From Psammoneis japonica (Eukaryota), in contig QPGO01000124.1 in NCBI GenBank assembly GCA_008632985.1, positions 124,001 through 188,000 of the forward strand: a stretch of DNA of 64,000 nucleotides, in the 5' to 3' direction. Positions within the stretch are counted from its first letter, which is position 1. The number at the start of each line of letters is the position of its first letter. The position numbers and the translations under genes were made by a program. Shown here piece by piece: positions 22,374 through 34,327 of this stretch. Under the pieces are notes generated by a model. It made no database searches. It was not told where the DNA came from and worked only from the letters and a program-made list of their open reading frames with translations.

Positions 22374-24474
22374 TTAGAAAAGGACACTTCTGATGCAGCG
22401 AGCAACACGGACAGAATGCAGGAGGTGAGGATTCAACGGGCGAGAAATGTCATCCGCCAGTTGCATGTTGGCGCCAGCCCAGTGCTCGCCCTGCGAGTTT
22501 GGACCTGTCCGAGCACAAATGCAAAGCGCCGACCAGATGCAAAGCATCTGTTGTCCTCGGAGAGACCGCGCAGTCTGTCGGTTTTGCCAACCTGAACCAG
22601 TCCAGTTGTCCGTTTTCAACAAAACGACCAGATTTTCAGGAATGCCATGAGGAAAAAGAGCTCTGACCAACTCTACATCCAAGGGTTCATCAATGGACTC
22701 CATGAAGGTGATGACACCCGCCAAGACAAGGACAGAAACAACAAACTCAAGGGTGTTCATCATGACATGGTCTCGAGAATCCGGCGAAGATTGGAGACCG
22801 TCCCTCACTCTGTCGCTCCAAAGCACAAGGAACCAAAAACGAAACTCGCGGCAGTGACCGCCGCCTCCAAGCCCGCTCGCATCGCCAATCCCTTGGCAGT
22901 GGGGGATCACGAGGGATGATGGTCCCAAGCGGTGCCTCCCATGGGTTGGGTGTCGACTCGAGATGAGTCACCAAGCAATGCATCGCCCAACAAAGAGGGT
23001 CCGACACTGCAGTCTTGAGACGCATGTGATGAACAAGTTGCGCCTTTTCTCGAGAGAGAATGGACGAGACCCGACAATGGAGCTTCCGAGGGAGGTCATC
23101 CAAGATTTGTTCCTTCCTGCCGCGTCGCTCAAGAATCTGTTGTGCAATGTGATGCTGAGCAATCAAATTGGCTCGGAAAATGTTCTGGATCACGAAGAAC
23201 CAGCAACGAGCACAAGGACAATGCCGAGCATGGAACTCCAATGGGCCCAGAAGGGAAGAAATGTCTCCCAAGAGGCAACCTTGTCGCACCAGCCAGCCAC
23301 GGAGAATGATCAAAAGCTCACGCAACTTGTGAGCCACCACACCAACGGCAAGTGCTCTTGTGTCACACCTGAGTCCAAGCAAATCCCGAAGAAAAGAAAT
23401 GACGAGATTGAGCTTCTCTGGGCTCAAGGCGTTTGGCACCTCCGGCCTCGGAAAACCTTGGAGAACACAAAGAGAAAATGCACTCGCACGTGCACTCCTC
23501 TCCAAGAACTCCAAAACGTTGGCATGCAAATTGTCGTCAACGTGCAACTTGAAGGTGGGGGATGTTCTCTTGCCCTCTCGAAGTGCTCCTTGGTTTAAGG
23601 AATCCGGGAGAGCTTGACCAAACGAGGCAATTTCAGAATCTGACGGTGCCAGAGGAAACTCGAGCGTCGGCAAGAAGGGGCGCATAATTTCCACAATGTT
23701 TGGAACATGGAAAGCACACTGTGCGAGTTGCTGGCGAGCTTGGGACCACCCACCATCCCAGTTGTAAGGATTTGGTGTATCTCCAAAGCCACATCCAGTT
23801 TGGGCCACGCCAAACCCGCACTGGACAGAAGCATGCATGCCGGCCAAGTTGGGATGATGCTTCATCATCCGGTGCGCTCCAGTTGCGTCGTCATCGATCG
23901 GGTGGATGTCCAACGTTGGGTGCGACATCCTGACATCATGTGTCCATCACATGAAGTCCAATTCAGCTGCAGCATTGGAGCAGGAAGGTTCAAACTCCAG
24001 CAACAAAAAATCATTGATGGCCACAGACGAAGGGCTTGGTCGAAAGGTGCTGTCCGAGACCGGACGGGGATTCTTGAACAACTTGTTGACATCAACCAGA
24101 CTCTGAGGCGACAGATGACAATTCAGCATGAATGGCATGAATCGCTTGTCAAAAATCAAAACAAAACCACGCTTGGAATCCTTTGTGAGAGCCCGGCGAG
24201 TTTTTTCCACGTCCACTTCCACCGATGGGTGATTTCCATGCTGAAGGCATGCCTGGAAGTTCTCTTTGGTGTTGCATCCATTGCAGTGTGAAGGGACACC
24301 ATCTCTGTGTGTGCGCCGAAGCATTGAAATGATGTTGGGATCAACTTTGCCTGCAAGAAACGACAAGATCATGTCAACATGTCGATGCGCAGCAACGTGC
24401 GGTCCTCCGACCCATCGCACCAAAGATGCCACATCTCCATCAAAGTGGACAAGGGCTGTCGTTGTTTGGCACAT
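22374..24474 (-). pseudogene. RT/RNase H of the Ngaro element
   Basis: RT motifs 'DDDATGAHR', 'FGDTPNP', 'LHVDDNL'. RNase H motifs 'GDASGLGGG', 'NTLEF', 'TDN', 'LADDISR'. Confidence 0.82.
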
Positions 24475-25844
24475 GCGATCTTCTTGGAGGTCCTCTTCCT
24501 TTTCCCAGTCTACAGGGCATCCTCATGGGGTGTTGAAGTCAGCATCTCCAAACTCTCGGAGCAGGTTGCGCGGGGTTGTTCTTCGGCAGTGGCAGGGTTG
24601 CCAAAGTTAAGGCACTGGAGAGATGGAGGATCGTTGGTGCCATCATCAGGCAGCAGAGGTCCTTCGACATCATCCGGAGGGGTCTCGGCACGTGGCAGAT
24701 TGCACGTGACCACGTCGCCTTGAGGCACTAAAGAGACAAAATGCCCCTTGAAACGTTGGTGCGTTCCTGACATGGGGACAACTTCGCCGATGGCATCGGA
24801 GAAGCTGCACAAACATTTGACTTTGTCACCATCGTTCACAAAGGGAGCAGGTTTCGTAACTGGAACGATGCGACCCTCGCAGAACATGAGGAACTGGTCA
24901 AACTGACCACAAACGAAGTCTGCAATGGTGGAGCTGGTGTCGCAACGGAGGACAAGCTTTGTCTGGTTTAACGACAGCTCAGCCTTGGCACCTGACTGCA
25001 AAAAGCGCTTGGCAGGAGAGGTTTTCCCGCACTCGATGGCGGCGAGAACGTTGGCGGCCATGGCAGGACGGAAGGTTGGCAGGAGACTTGAAAGCTGAAT
25101 GCAAAAAGGCAAAACCGGGGTTTTGTGAGAGCAAAATGAGTTTTTCGGATAAAAATCTCGACGTAGAATTACGTTGAAATTGCGCCAGAATCTCGCGGCA
25201 AGTCAGCGGAATCCGCTCTACACGACCAGAGTCGTGTAAGAACTGGTTCACAAGATCAAGCAGCAGGCGGAGCAGTGTCAAATTTTGACGAACGGAAAGA
25301 AAAAGGAGGGATTTCTGGTCACCGTCCTAAGAGTTTGAAAAACCGGAGAGTTGTGGTCGCGATTTTTTGAGCGGGAAGACGCAGAATGCGCAGCCAATGC
25401 ACCAATTCCGGATTTGGACAGAATGCTTGTGGGAGCTCCCAGATGGGGGGACTCACAATGAAGATGTGCACAAATTTGCATCGAATGACATGCAAACAGT
25501 TTCGTCGAAATTGCAGAAAAGAGGTCACATCTCATCCAAACATTTGAAGATGTTTTTCATTTGGATCAGGACACATGACAAAGTTGATTCTTGTCAAACC
25601 GTTACAATGGTCAAAAGGTGACATGCAAAGATGAATGTGATGAAGAATGGATGATGCAACAACCGCAATGGCGGCAGATGAAGAGGAATTGCAGCTTAAA
25701 AGCCGCTTTTTCGGATTGACATGACACAAGTGAAGTGATGACAGTGATGCCAATGGGCTGTGTGGACAGTGCATTGTGGTGTTCTGACATGACAGATCAG
25801 AAACCATGAGAGAGAAGAGGCCAAAATGTGGCGAGATCGGTTGG

Positions 25845-26225
25845 ATTTCAGATTTTCGGATTCAACACGATCAGAGAGGCGTCTGAGGCGGCGGGATAAA
25901 GTCCCGGTCCAACCAACAGCAAAACCCAACTGTGTTGCTCGCGCTCCAAATTAGTTGGAGTCAACAAAGACAACACAGGCATCACACACGATCAGCTGGC
26001 TTGCGGAGAGCATCCGGATCCAGCAAAATCGTGCAATTTCAGATTCTCAGATTCACCCAATCAGAGAGGCATCTGAGGCGGTGGGACAAAGTCCCGGTCC
26101 AACCAACAGCAAAACCCAACTGCATTGCTTGCGCTCCAAATTAGTTGGAGTCAACAAAGACAACACAGGCATCACACACGATCAGCTGGCTTGTGGAGAG
26201 CATCCGGATCCAGCAAAATCGTGCG
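25845..26225. repeat. Tandem duplication, ~190-bp unit x2, in the Ngaro 5' region
   Basis: AACCAACAGCAAAACCCAACTG at 25911 and 26101, with the rest of the unit aligning. Confidence 0.9.
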
Positions 26226-26339
26226 ATTTACAGAGGATTGTTGTGGTGACCAGATGAAAAGATCAAAGTCAACCACGGATGTGACAGCAGTCACACTCAT
26301 TGTGTGGGTGGTTGTCCGAGGCACAACAATCAACAGAAA

Positions 26340-26566
26340 GGGAATTTTCAGCATTGTTGGCCCATGTCGGGACACTGCAACTGACCCCATTGCTGCCGAT
26401 CGTCTGCCAAGAACAATGAGGGGAACATGGGTGGCCTCTCGTCATCGTCCATCGTCTGTCCATCCACCTTCGACTGTGCGCTGCTGTCGCGCGGTGACTC
26501 CTCCAAGAGCGCGACCGCCCACAAGGTGTCCTCTCCTTGTGCTTGGCCCACCGTCTTGGCTTCGAG
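26340..26566 (-). repeat. Ngaro 5' repeat A1
   Basis: Direct repeat of 20272-20497. Confidence 0.9.
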
Positions 26567-28846
26567 GTGAAGCACAGCACTGAGTTTCGCGTAGAATGTA
26601 CGTTGAAGTCTGTCCATTTTTTGTTCCTGCCACAAGAAAAATCCAGGGGGCGGTCTGCCCCCGCCTCCCCACCACTGTCAGTGCAATTTTGAAATTTCAA
26701 TGAAACGATGGAATGCAAAACGACTCAGAAAGACAACGTGAAGCGTTGGCCACGTTCTTTTTTTGATGAAAAGCCACAAAGCGCTGCTGCTCCTGCTTTG
26801 CACTTGTCATGCACCACTGACTTGTTTGTCGGCTGTGCCTTTTTCGCCTCGAAAACATCACGGCGCCATTTCTGTCTTAAAGAAGGATCTGCTGACCGCT
26901 GGAAATTTCAACAGACGCAACGTCGTTCCCCAAGATTTGGCACTGGAAAACAGCCAACGCCAGCAAGGCAATCAGTTTCCCTTCAGCAAGCCCCATGATG
27001 CTCTTGCAATTCGTGGAGGCGATGATGACCGTCCGGACAGCAACAGCTGGGATCACGGATGCAATGATGACCATCCAAAAAGTGATGGCTGGGACGACAT
27101 CTGTGACGATCTCTGCCGTCTTAGCTGATTTTCCTACAGCATGGACTGGAAAGTGCCGCATCAGTGTTCCTTGCTCATGTGCACGGTTAAAGTGCTCGGT
27201 CGCTTGACCCGTTTTGCCGCAAAAAACTTTCTGCATTTTGTGTTCTTTGCACGCGGATGCGCCTTGAAAAAGAACAACAGCAAACCTGTTGCAGAGAAAG
27301 ATGATCCCTTGCTTCCATTGTTTGGCTTTGTCAGAGATCGAGTCGTTTTTGCTTTGGCTCTTTTTGCCACTCGAGTCTTGTTGCGTGCGGAAGCTCGTCT
27401 TTTTGTTTGTCCTGACTGGTTGCAACTTTGGCTTCTTTTCTGGTTTGCATGCTTGGTGACAACATCGAACCCGAGTGCGACAGCATGCACGACGATGACA
27501 TTGAAGCCGACGGTGATTTGGAAGATTTGTTGAATGAAATTGAGGAACTAAGATGACAGGCGGATGGATCATGAGGTGATCGTGATTACAGCCTGAATCA
27601 TAGAAAGACCATGGACAAGTTTTGTCCTTTGAAATGTCAAGAGTGCAGCACAACAGTTTGATTGATTTTCTCACATTGAGAACGCGCATTCCATGGAGCC
27701 GATCCCATGTGCAGACCTTTGGAACATGCTGCCGGAGAGCATGACACCTTTGCTTTTGATGACATGGCTTGTCTCTGCAACCTCGGACATGAGCAGTGGT
27801 TTCAAGCACCATCTGTGGCAATGTGTTCAACACAAATTGGAAACGTGCCACTCAAAGTTGAGACAATGCGATGCACAACATCTGACTTGTGCTCTGTTGG
27901 ATGAAGAAGAGAATTTGATGCACCCCATTGTGAAAAAGAAGAGTGATGAAATTGAGCAAGAAAAGGACTTTCTAGAAAAGAATGGCCATGGACACCTCAA
28001 GCGACTGGAAAAGATGATGGGTTTCAAACAGAGATGCGACTGTCCCTCGAAATCTCCCGGCTTTGTTCCTTGTGTGGCATGCTCAGATCTCAACAACTGG
28101 GATCTGTTTTGAGACCTGTGGGGACTGGATCAACCTCAAGGTTTCAAAGGTTGTTGGCCAATTTGCTGAATGACCCGTCCTTTGCCTCTTGCACTTCTTG
28201 TGCCCCTCCTTCTTGCGGGTGCCAAATGGTGCTGGCCTGTGTGCTTGACAACCTGGCTTTTGACCCTTGCACCTCTTCTGTTCTTTTTCTTTTGCATCTT
28301 TGCTTTGGCCGGTGTTGTCACAAGAGGAGAAGGTGGCACCTGCACAGAAAGAGCAGGAGGGCACTGCAGCATGGGGTGTTGCATCACCGCCGCCATGGCA
28401 GGAGGTGCAGCATTCATGCAGTGAACTCTGGCATTTTGGCCAGGCATGCATGCCAGAGCCGGAGTGGGGTGCATCACAGGTGCAGCCTGAGCAATCATGC
28501 AGGGAGTCAGATCATTGTTTTGTCCATGCACCATTGATGCCTCAGCCAGGGCATGGTGCATCACCGGCTCATTCGGAGCATTCGTGTGTCGTGTTGGCTC
28601 CACAGTCAGAGTGCTGCGAGTCAGTGGCATTGGCAGAGCATCCAGGCAGCAGGGAGTTGGAGCATTGTTTTGGCCATGCACCACAAATGCATCAGGTGGA
28701 GCATGGTGCATTGATGGCATGGTCTGAGCAGCTGCACACTGTGCCCATTGGAAGAGATCAAAGATGTGTTGTTTGCTTGCTGGCAAACCAGGGTTCAAAG
28801 GAAACTTTGATCACACCTCTGTCAAACACATCCACATGTCCTTGCT

Positions 28847-31294
28847 CTGGAGCAAGGCATTGCAAGCATCTTTTGGCTTCTTGTTGATCCCCCCAACAGT
28901 GCGGTCCAAATTTTCTGCCACCTTGGTCTGCAATTTGTGCAACAGCATCCTGAAAGAGCTGCAGAGATCCCCATCAATGACGTGCAACACAGCAGCATGA
29001 TGCAAATGACAGGCTCAAGTAGGATCTCATCCGGTGGGGCATGGGGCTTCCATCTGCAAAGCACCTTCCAGCTGTGTGTAAAATTCAACATTGTCATGAG
29101 AAGAAAACAGAAGCAAAGAACTGATGCAACCCATGGCCGTGACGTAGATCAGCAATTTGGGGCCACTGGCCACTGGAGCAGACCTCCTCATGCTTGTGAC
29201 TGCTTTGCCAATGCAGTGTTGACATGGAAGCTCCATCTGAGGTGCAACGTCAGCACAAGTCAAGCCCCAGAGAGCTTGTTGGCCAGTGAAGTCAACAGCA
29301 TTTGTGTCAGCCCCCATCAGCAGATGCAAAATGGAAACATTTCCAAACTTGTTGCCCACAGCTGCCATGTTCCAATCCAATGATTCTTGGTGCATGATTG
29401 GCAGTGGGGTTGGATTGCTTGTGATCAGGCTGAGGCAGTCAGCACTCACATCGTGTTGCACAATCTGGATTGAAGTCACACATCACCCATGAAGGCCCTG
29501 TCACCTGCCGTCTGCAAAGTCTTGCAAAGGGCGGGCAGTCCCTTCAGCTCACACTTGCACAAAAGCTGCTGTTTTCCCATTTCGTGCAACCAAACAGATT
29601 TGCTGATTCCCACAAGGAGGCAACCTTGGAAATGGGCCATGGCAGGGATTGGCCCATCATCAACCACAGTCTTGTGCAAGAGCTGCAGCCATTCACCAAT
29701 GACGTGGTGCAAGATCACATGACTCGATGTCTGTTTGAGTGGATGTGGGATCATCCCGGTGACAGTTCCCACCACCAGAAGAGGCTTGCCACCCTTGGAG
29801 TGCAAACAGATGGAGCAACAGCACAGTGCAGCTTCACTCCATTCCAACTCAAGACAATCCAATGTCTTGCAACTGTCACCAGGGCTCACAACTTGAACAC
29901 AGGATTCCCAGCAACCCGGCCCGGGAGGCACAGGCCTGTGAACGACAATGTGGTGGGCCTCTTTTTCTTCTTCATCCTCTTCATCTTCCTCTTCATTGCC
30001 ATCTTTTTTTCCCTTGTCATCCCAATCATCACTGTCAATGTCCATGGCATCATCATTGTCAGCTGACTTTCCAGTCTTGCTCGTTTCTGGGTCAAAACCT
30101 TTGGCTTTCTTGTCATTGAACCCACAGTCATTGTGGTTGCTTTTGATGACTGCCAAGATGACTGCCTCTGCTGCTCACCTGCCAAGAGGGTCATTTGACA
30201 TGGAGTGTGGCAAAGTCGCACTTGTTGCACATGATGTGGCATGATTGTCCCCACTCAAAAATGATGTGGTGTGATCCAGTGGCAAGCAAGATTGTGGTGC
30301 ATGCTTTTGAGTTGTCCCACTTGTTGAGAGAAACATCATGGCCAATTGCCCATCAAGGCACATGCGCGTCACCACCATGGGATGAACTCCAAGGAAATGG
30401 CAAGTGACGCTCACACCAATGGTGCCAGTGACAGGATTTACAGTCATTCTCAGCAAGCTGCTGTTGTTGTCCAACCCAATCGCCAGAGTCTGCGAATTGT
30501 TGGCAGCTTTGCTGTGGACAAGTTAGATGGAGTGCAGACGCGACTGACTCCTCCGGGTCCATCTGTCATGATTGAGTCCCAAATCCAATTCATGACAGGC
30601 CACTTCTTTTGACACTTTTGGCACACCTTCTTGTGCTGCATCCTCTGCACCCTCTCTTCTTCCTTTTTGATGGTTGGATGCACAGATTTGAGTGCAGCAA
30701 ATCTGGGATTGTTGCATCCATTGTCCAATCCGACGAGATCGACCATCAAAGTTCAACTGCAATGAGCTTCCAGGGGACTGGCCAGTGTGGGTTCTCCCAC
30801 AGCATTGCGATTGAGTGCATGGACCAGTTTGCTCTTTTCCATGGCCGCAATGCAAAGGCTTTGTCCTGCCAGATTGGCCACAATGCACTGTCCCAGCATG
30901 GCTCTCTGCATGATCATTTTGCCAAAATCCACCATGTGCATGGCCTTGCACGTGGCCACACTGTTGCTGTCATCATTGGCACTCCATTCCACAATGCTCA
31001 GGGCACCACTGTCCAAGCCGAGGGCCACCATGTCATGTGAGGCTCCCCTCCAATGCACGGCCACAGCAGAGTGCAGGATGCTCCTTTTTCACAGCATCCG
31101 CAAAACTGCAGACTGACAGCATCCTCCTCCTCATCGTCATCATCACCAGTGCTGCTCTTGACAATTTTGCACAATTGCAACATGCCGCTGGCCATCAGGA
31201 TGCAGAGTTCCAATTTACCCACAGCATTGAATTCACCGGCTGTGCTCGCAACAATGGCCATGGCCCCTTGGAGATGGCAATCGAGCAGTTTCAT
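28847..31294 (-). pseudogene. SF3B3: Splicing factor 3B subunit 3 (Rse1/SAP130) pseudogene, internally deleted and hypermutated
   Basis: Collinear motifs 'AAMEKSKLVHALNR...LASPLEAH', 'HELDLGLNH', 'HEMGKQQLLCKCE', 'GNKFGNVSIL', 'VIDGDLC', 'AENLDRT'. At ~2.4 kb it is shorter than a ~1200-aa CDS. Confidence 0.88.
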
Positions 31295-32260
31295 GGCAAT
31301 GGTCATGACGGGAATGCCTCCATTGTCATTGTCATTGTTGGTTTTGGAAGCCGCGTGGGGTGGCATGGCTGCAGAGAGAAGCAACAAGAACAACCACTGC
31401 CAATCAAGAATGAAGTGAAGAGGATGTCAGTTGTTGCTGTTGTTGTGTGTCAGCTCTTCTTTTGTCTTTTGCTCTTCCACAACAAACTGCTGACAGAGTG
31501 TGGCTTGCATTGGCAAAAGATGGCATTGCCTCTCTTCTCTGTTGCAAACAAGAGGACAGACACAGGACAACACTGTTCTCTGCCTCCGTTTGTGCCACTG
31601 ATCTCTCAATTTTGTGTGTGGTGCTGGTGGATTTGGATTTGATTCTCACCTCCAAATGATCACAAGCTGTCCCCAAGAAAGAAACTGTGGCAACTGTCTT
31701 TTCTCAGATGCTGTCTGGCAGCAGTGAGGAGCAGACTGTAAAGCCAGTCTTACATCATGTTGTGAAGACTGTCACAAAGAACAACACTTGCACAGAACCC
31801 TGTCCAGTTGGTCTGACAGGCTGGCTTCTTCATCCCCATTGGCATGTGGTGGAGAATCAAAGGCCAAGCTTCCGTGCATTGCTGGCCTGCAAAATGAGGA
31901 GAATGAACATGAACAAGATGCCATTTGCCCCACCACAATTGTTTCGAGTCATTCAACTTTAACAGTTGCATTCTCTGGAAGGACCCACCTTCAAAACCAA
32001 CCGTCCATGGCATCATCGTCCAATTCCCTGTGGCAAAGGCATGATCCATGGCAACTTGATGCCTCACCATGTTGTCATCCATGCCAACCAATTGTTGCAA
32101 AAATGAGTGCAATCTGCACCTGCCACTTGCCACATGCAGCAAGTCACTGGCGTTGATTCAGCAAACAACAAAATTGATTTTGCCCTTGGAAACCTGAAAC
32201 TTTGACCCACAGCCAACTGTGGAGGACAATGGAGCAGAATGACGCAGCAAAAACAGAGGA

Positions 32261-34327
32261 GATGCATTCCAGCCCTGCTCCAGGTGGGACTCCATGTGAC
32301 ATTGGGCCCACAGAAATCTGTGTGCGAGCTCCACAGTGCAAGAATTTAGTTGATGGATGCATTTGTCTTCAACATCAAATGAACGGCCAAGTTTGTGGCA
32401 CAATGATTGTGCCTCTTGCCACTTGAAGGTTTTGCAAATGCACCTGCCCTGCGCAATTCTTAAGAGGGGTCACCCCCCAGTTTGTCCTGCAGTTGGCATT
32501 GCATTTGAACAAGCTCAATTCACAGACTTTTGTTTTTGAATGCTAAATTTGTTCCATGCTCACACCAATTGCGAACAAAAACAAGAACACCAGCCACCGC
32601 GATTGAAGCATGATGATGACGGCAATCATCAATCTTTCTTGAAAATGCAGTTTGCTGGCATCACACTCTCACCTGATGTTGATCATGCTGCACACAGTGA
32701 GCACAATGCCAATGAGAGTATGACGCCAGCAAACCTTTGTTGCAGACTTGTGGCTTGCTGTTTTTGCCATGGTGAAGCACGGTGAAATTCAAAAAAAATC
32801 ATGCAAATCACAAGCCATTCAGCCAAATTTGAGTTGAGACACCATAGAATCACAATTCCATGGCAGCAGCCACCCACTCAAAACATCTGCGTGTGTTTTT
32901 ACGCGTGCTCTTGTGCTGATGTTGCCCTTTTCCGATGGCATGTTGCTGGTTCTCTCAAGACCATTCTGGCCATTGGCATCAATGGCATGCCCCTGTTTCA
33001 GCATGTCAAACAACGTTGCTGAGTGGAAAATGACTGGCGTCAACTCCTTGTGGGTCGTGCTGATTTTTTTTGTTGTTTCATGTGCAGAGCCAAGAAATTT
33101 TCTGCATGGATCCCAGCACAAATTTTGCCCACTTCAGCAAACAACACCGATGAATGCTTTGTCACATTTCCGAGCTTCTTGTGCCCACACCTGTCTGTCC
33201 TCAATGATCCTCTTCATTCATGTCAGCCAACCCAGTCCTTCACTGTGCAGAGTGAAAGCACTGCCACAGTTGCGGCACCAACAAGCATGAGCATGAGCCC
33301 TCCTTCAGCATCAATTGACTGTTCTCAATTTGCTGTGCACTTTGGCAATTCTTTGCAAGATCTGGTGCAAATTCTTTGCAATTCAGCTGACACCACCAAT
33401 GAATGCTTTGCCATGTCTCCGAGCTTCTTGTGCCCATGCCTGTCTGTCCTCAAAGATCCTCTTTGTGCCTGTCAGCCAACCAAGTCCTTTGCTCCATGGG
33501 GTGAAAGCACCGCTTCAGTTGCGGCACCAACAAGCATGAGCATGAGCCCTTCTTCAGCATCAATTGACTGTTCTCCATTTGCTGCATGTGTCGGCATTTC
33601 TGCGCAAGATCCAGCATGGTTTCCACATGTAGAAAATGTCATTCCCAATGACTGACCCGTCACATCATCAAGTGCTCCTGTTTCCAATCTCCCAGTCATG
33701 GATGACCCCTCCCTTGCTTTCTGTCAAACCAAGCTTCCTGTTGCACACAGTGATCTTTCTGTCTTTGTCACATTTCTTGGGGGTTGGAACAAGGCTCCCT
33801 TCTTAATGAGTGAAGGCCAGTGGTTTGGAAACCATTTTTTGACTTACTTCCCTTTGTTGTTCCCAAGCCCAAACCTGAAAGCAATTTTTCTTTGCTGTTC
33901 TAGTGTGGCAGATGCATCTCCAGTCCAAGTGAAAGCAATGAGCTCCCCAATGTGTCACTTCATCCCCCCCATCTGTCTCAGTCGGGCGTCCTTTTTGGAG
34001 GGTGCAAATCAGGCCAATCAAGTCCGCTTCTGCTGCATCCTTCTTGGGGTGTGCTGGAGGTGTGGGTTGGCCGGTGCTGGTGTTGCTGGGCAAGGGTGTG
34101 ACAGCACTTAAAATTTGGTTTGAGTTTTTAAGACATCACAGAATCATGCTGCAACAAAAAATGTCAAAAGTTGTCAGACGGATTGCTCAACAAGTGCACC
34201 ACAAAACAACACAAAATTTCACAAAAGTCACACACCTTTCTGTGTGCGCGACATGCAGTGCAATGCAAAAAACTGTCAACGTCACAGTTCAGCACTGCAA
34301 GGTCCCGCCCAGAGCTGGAAGCGCATC
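32261..34327. mobile_element. TIR element family A, copy 3 (more decayed), carrying a ~1.66-kb internal insert
   Basis: Ends align to copy 2. Termini GAT...ATC, TSD AGGA (32257-60, 34328-31). Confidence 0.8.
33133..33590. repeat. Imperfect tandem duplication, period ~249 bp
   Basis: TGAATGCTTTG...CCGAGCTTCTTGTGCCCA...GCATGAGCATGAGCCCT recurs from 33151 and 33400. Confidence 0.85.

Larger units (their letters stand above)
20031..26566 (-). mobile_element. Ngaro-type tyrosine-recombinase retrotransposon, full length, inactivated
   Basis: Split direct repeats in A1-ORFs-B1-A2-B2 order on the minus strand, plus RT, RNase H and YR coding remnants. Confidence 0.88.

Noticed and set aside
28136..28798. 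Pro/His/Met-rich repetitive ORF as a real gene
   Set aside because: Low-complexity frame in heavily mutated DNA, and no family recognised.
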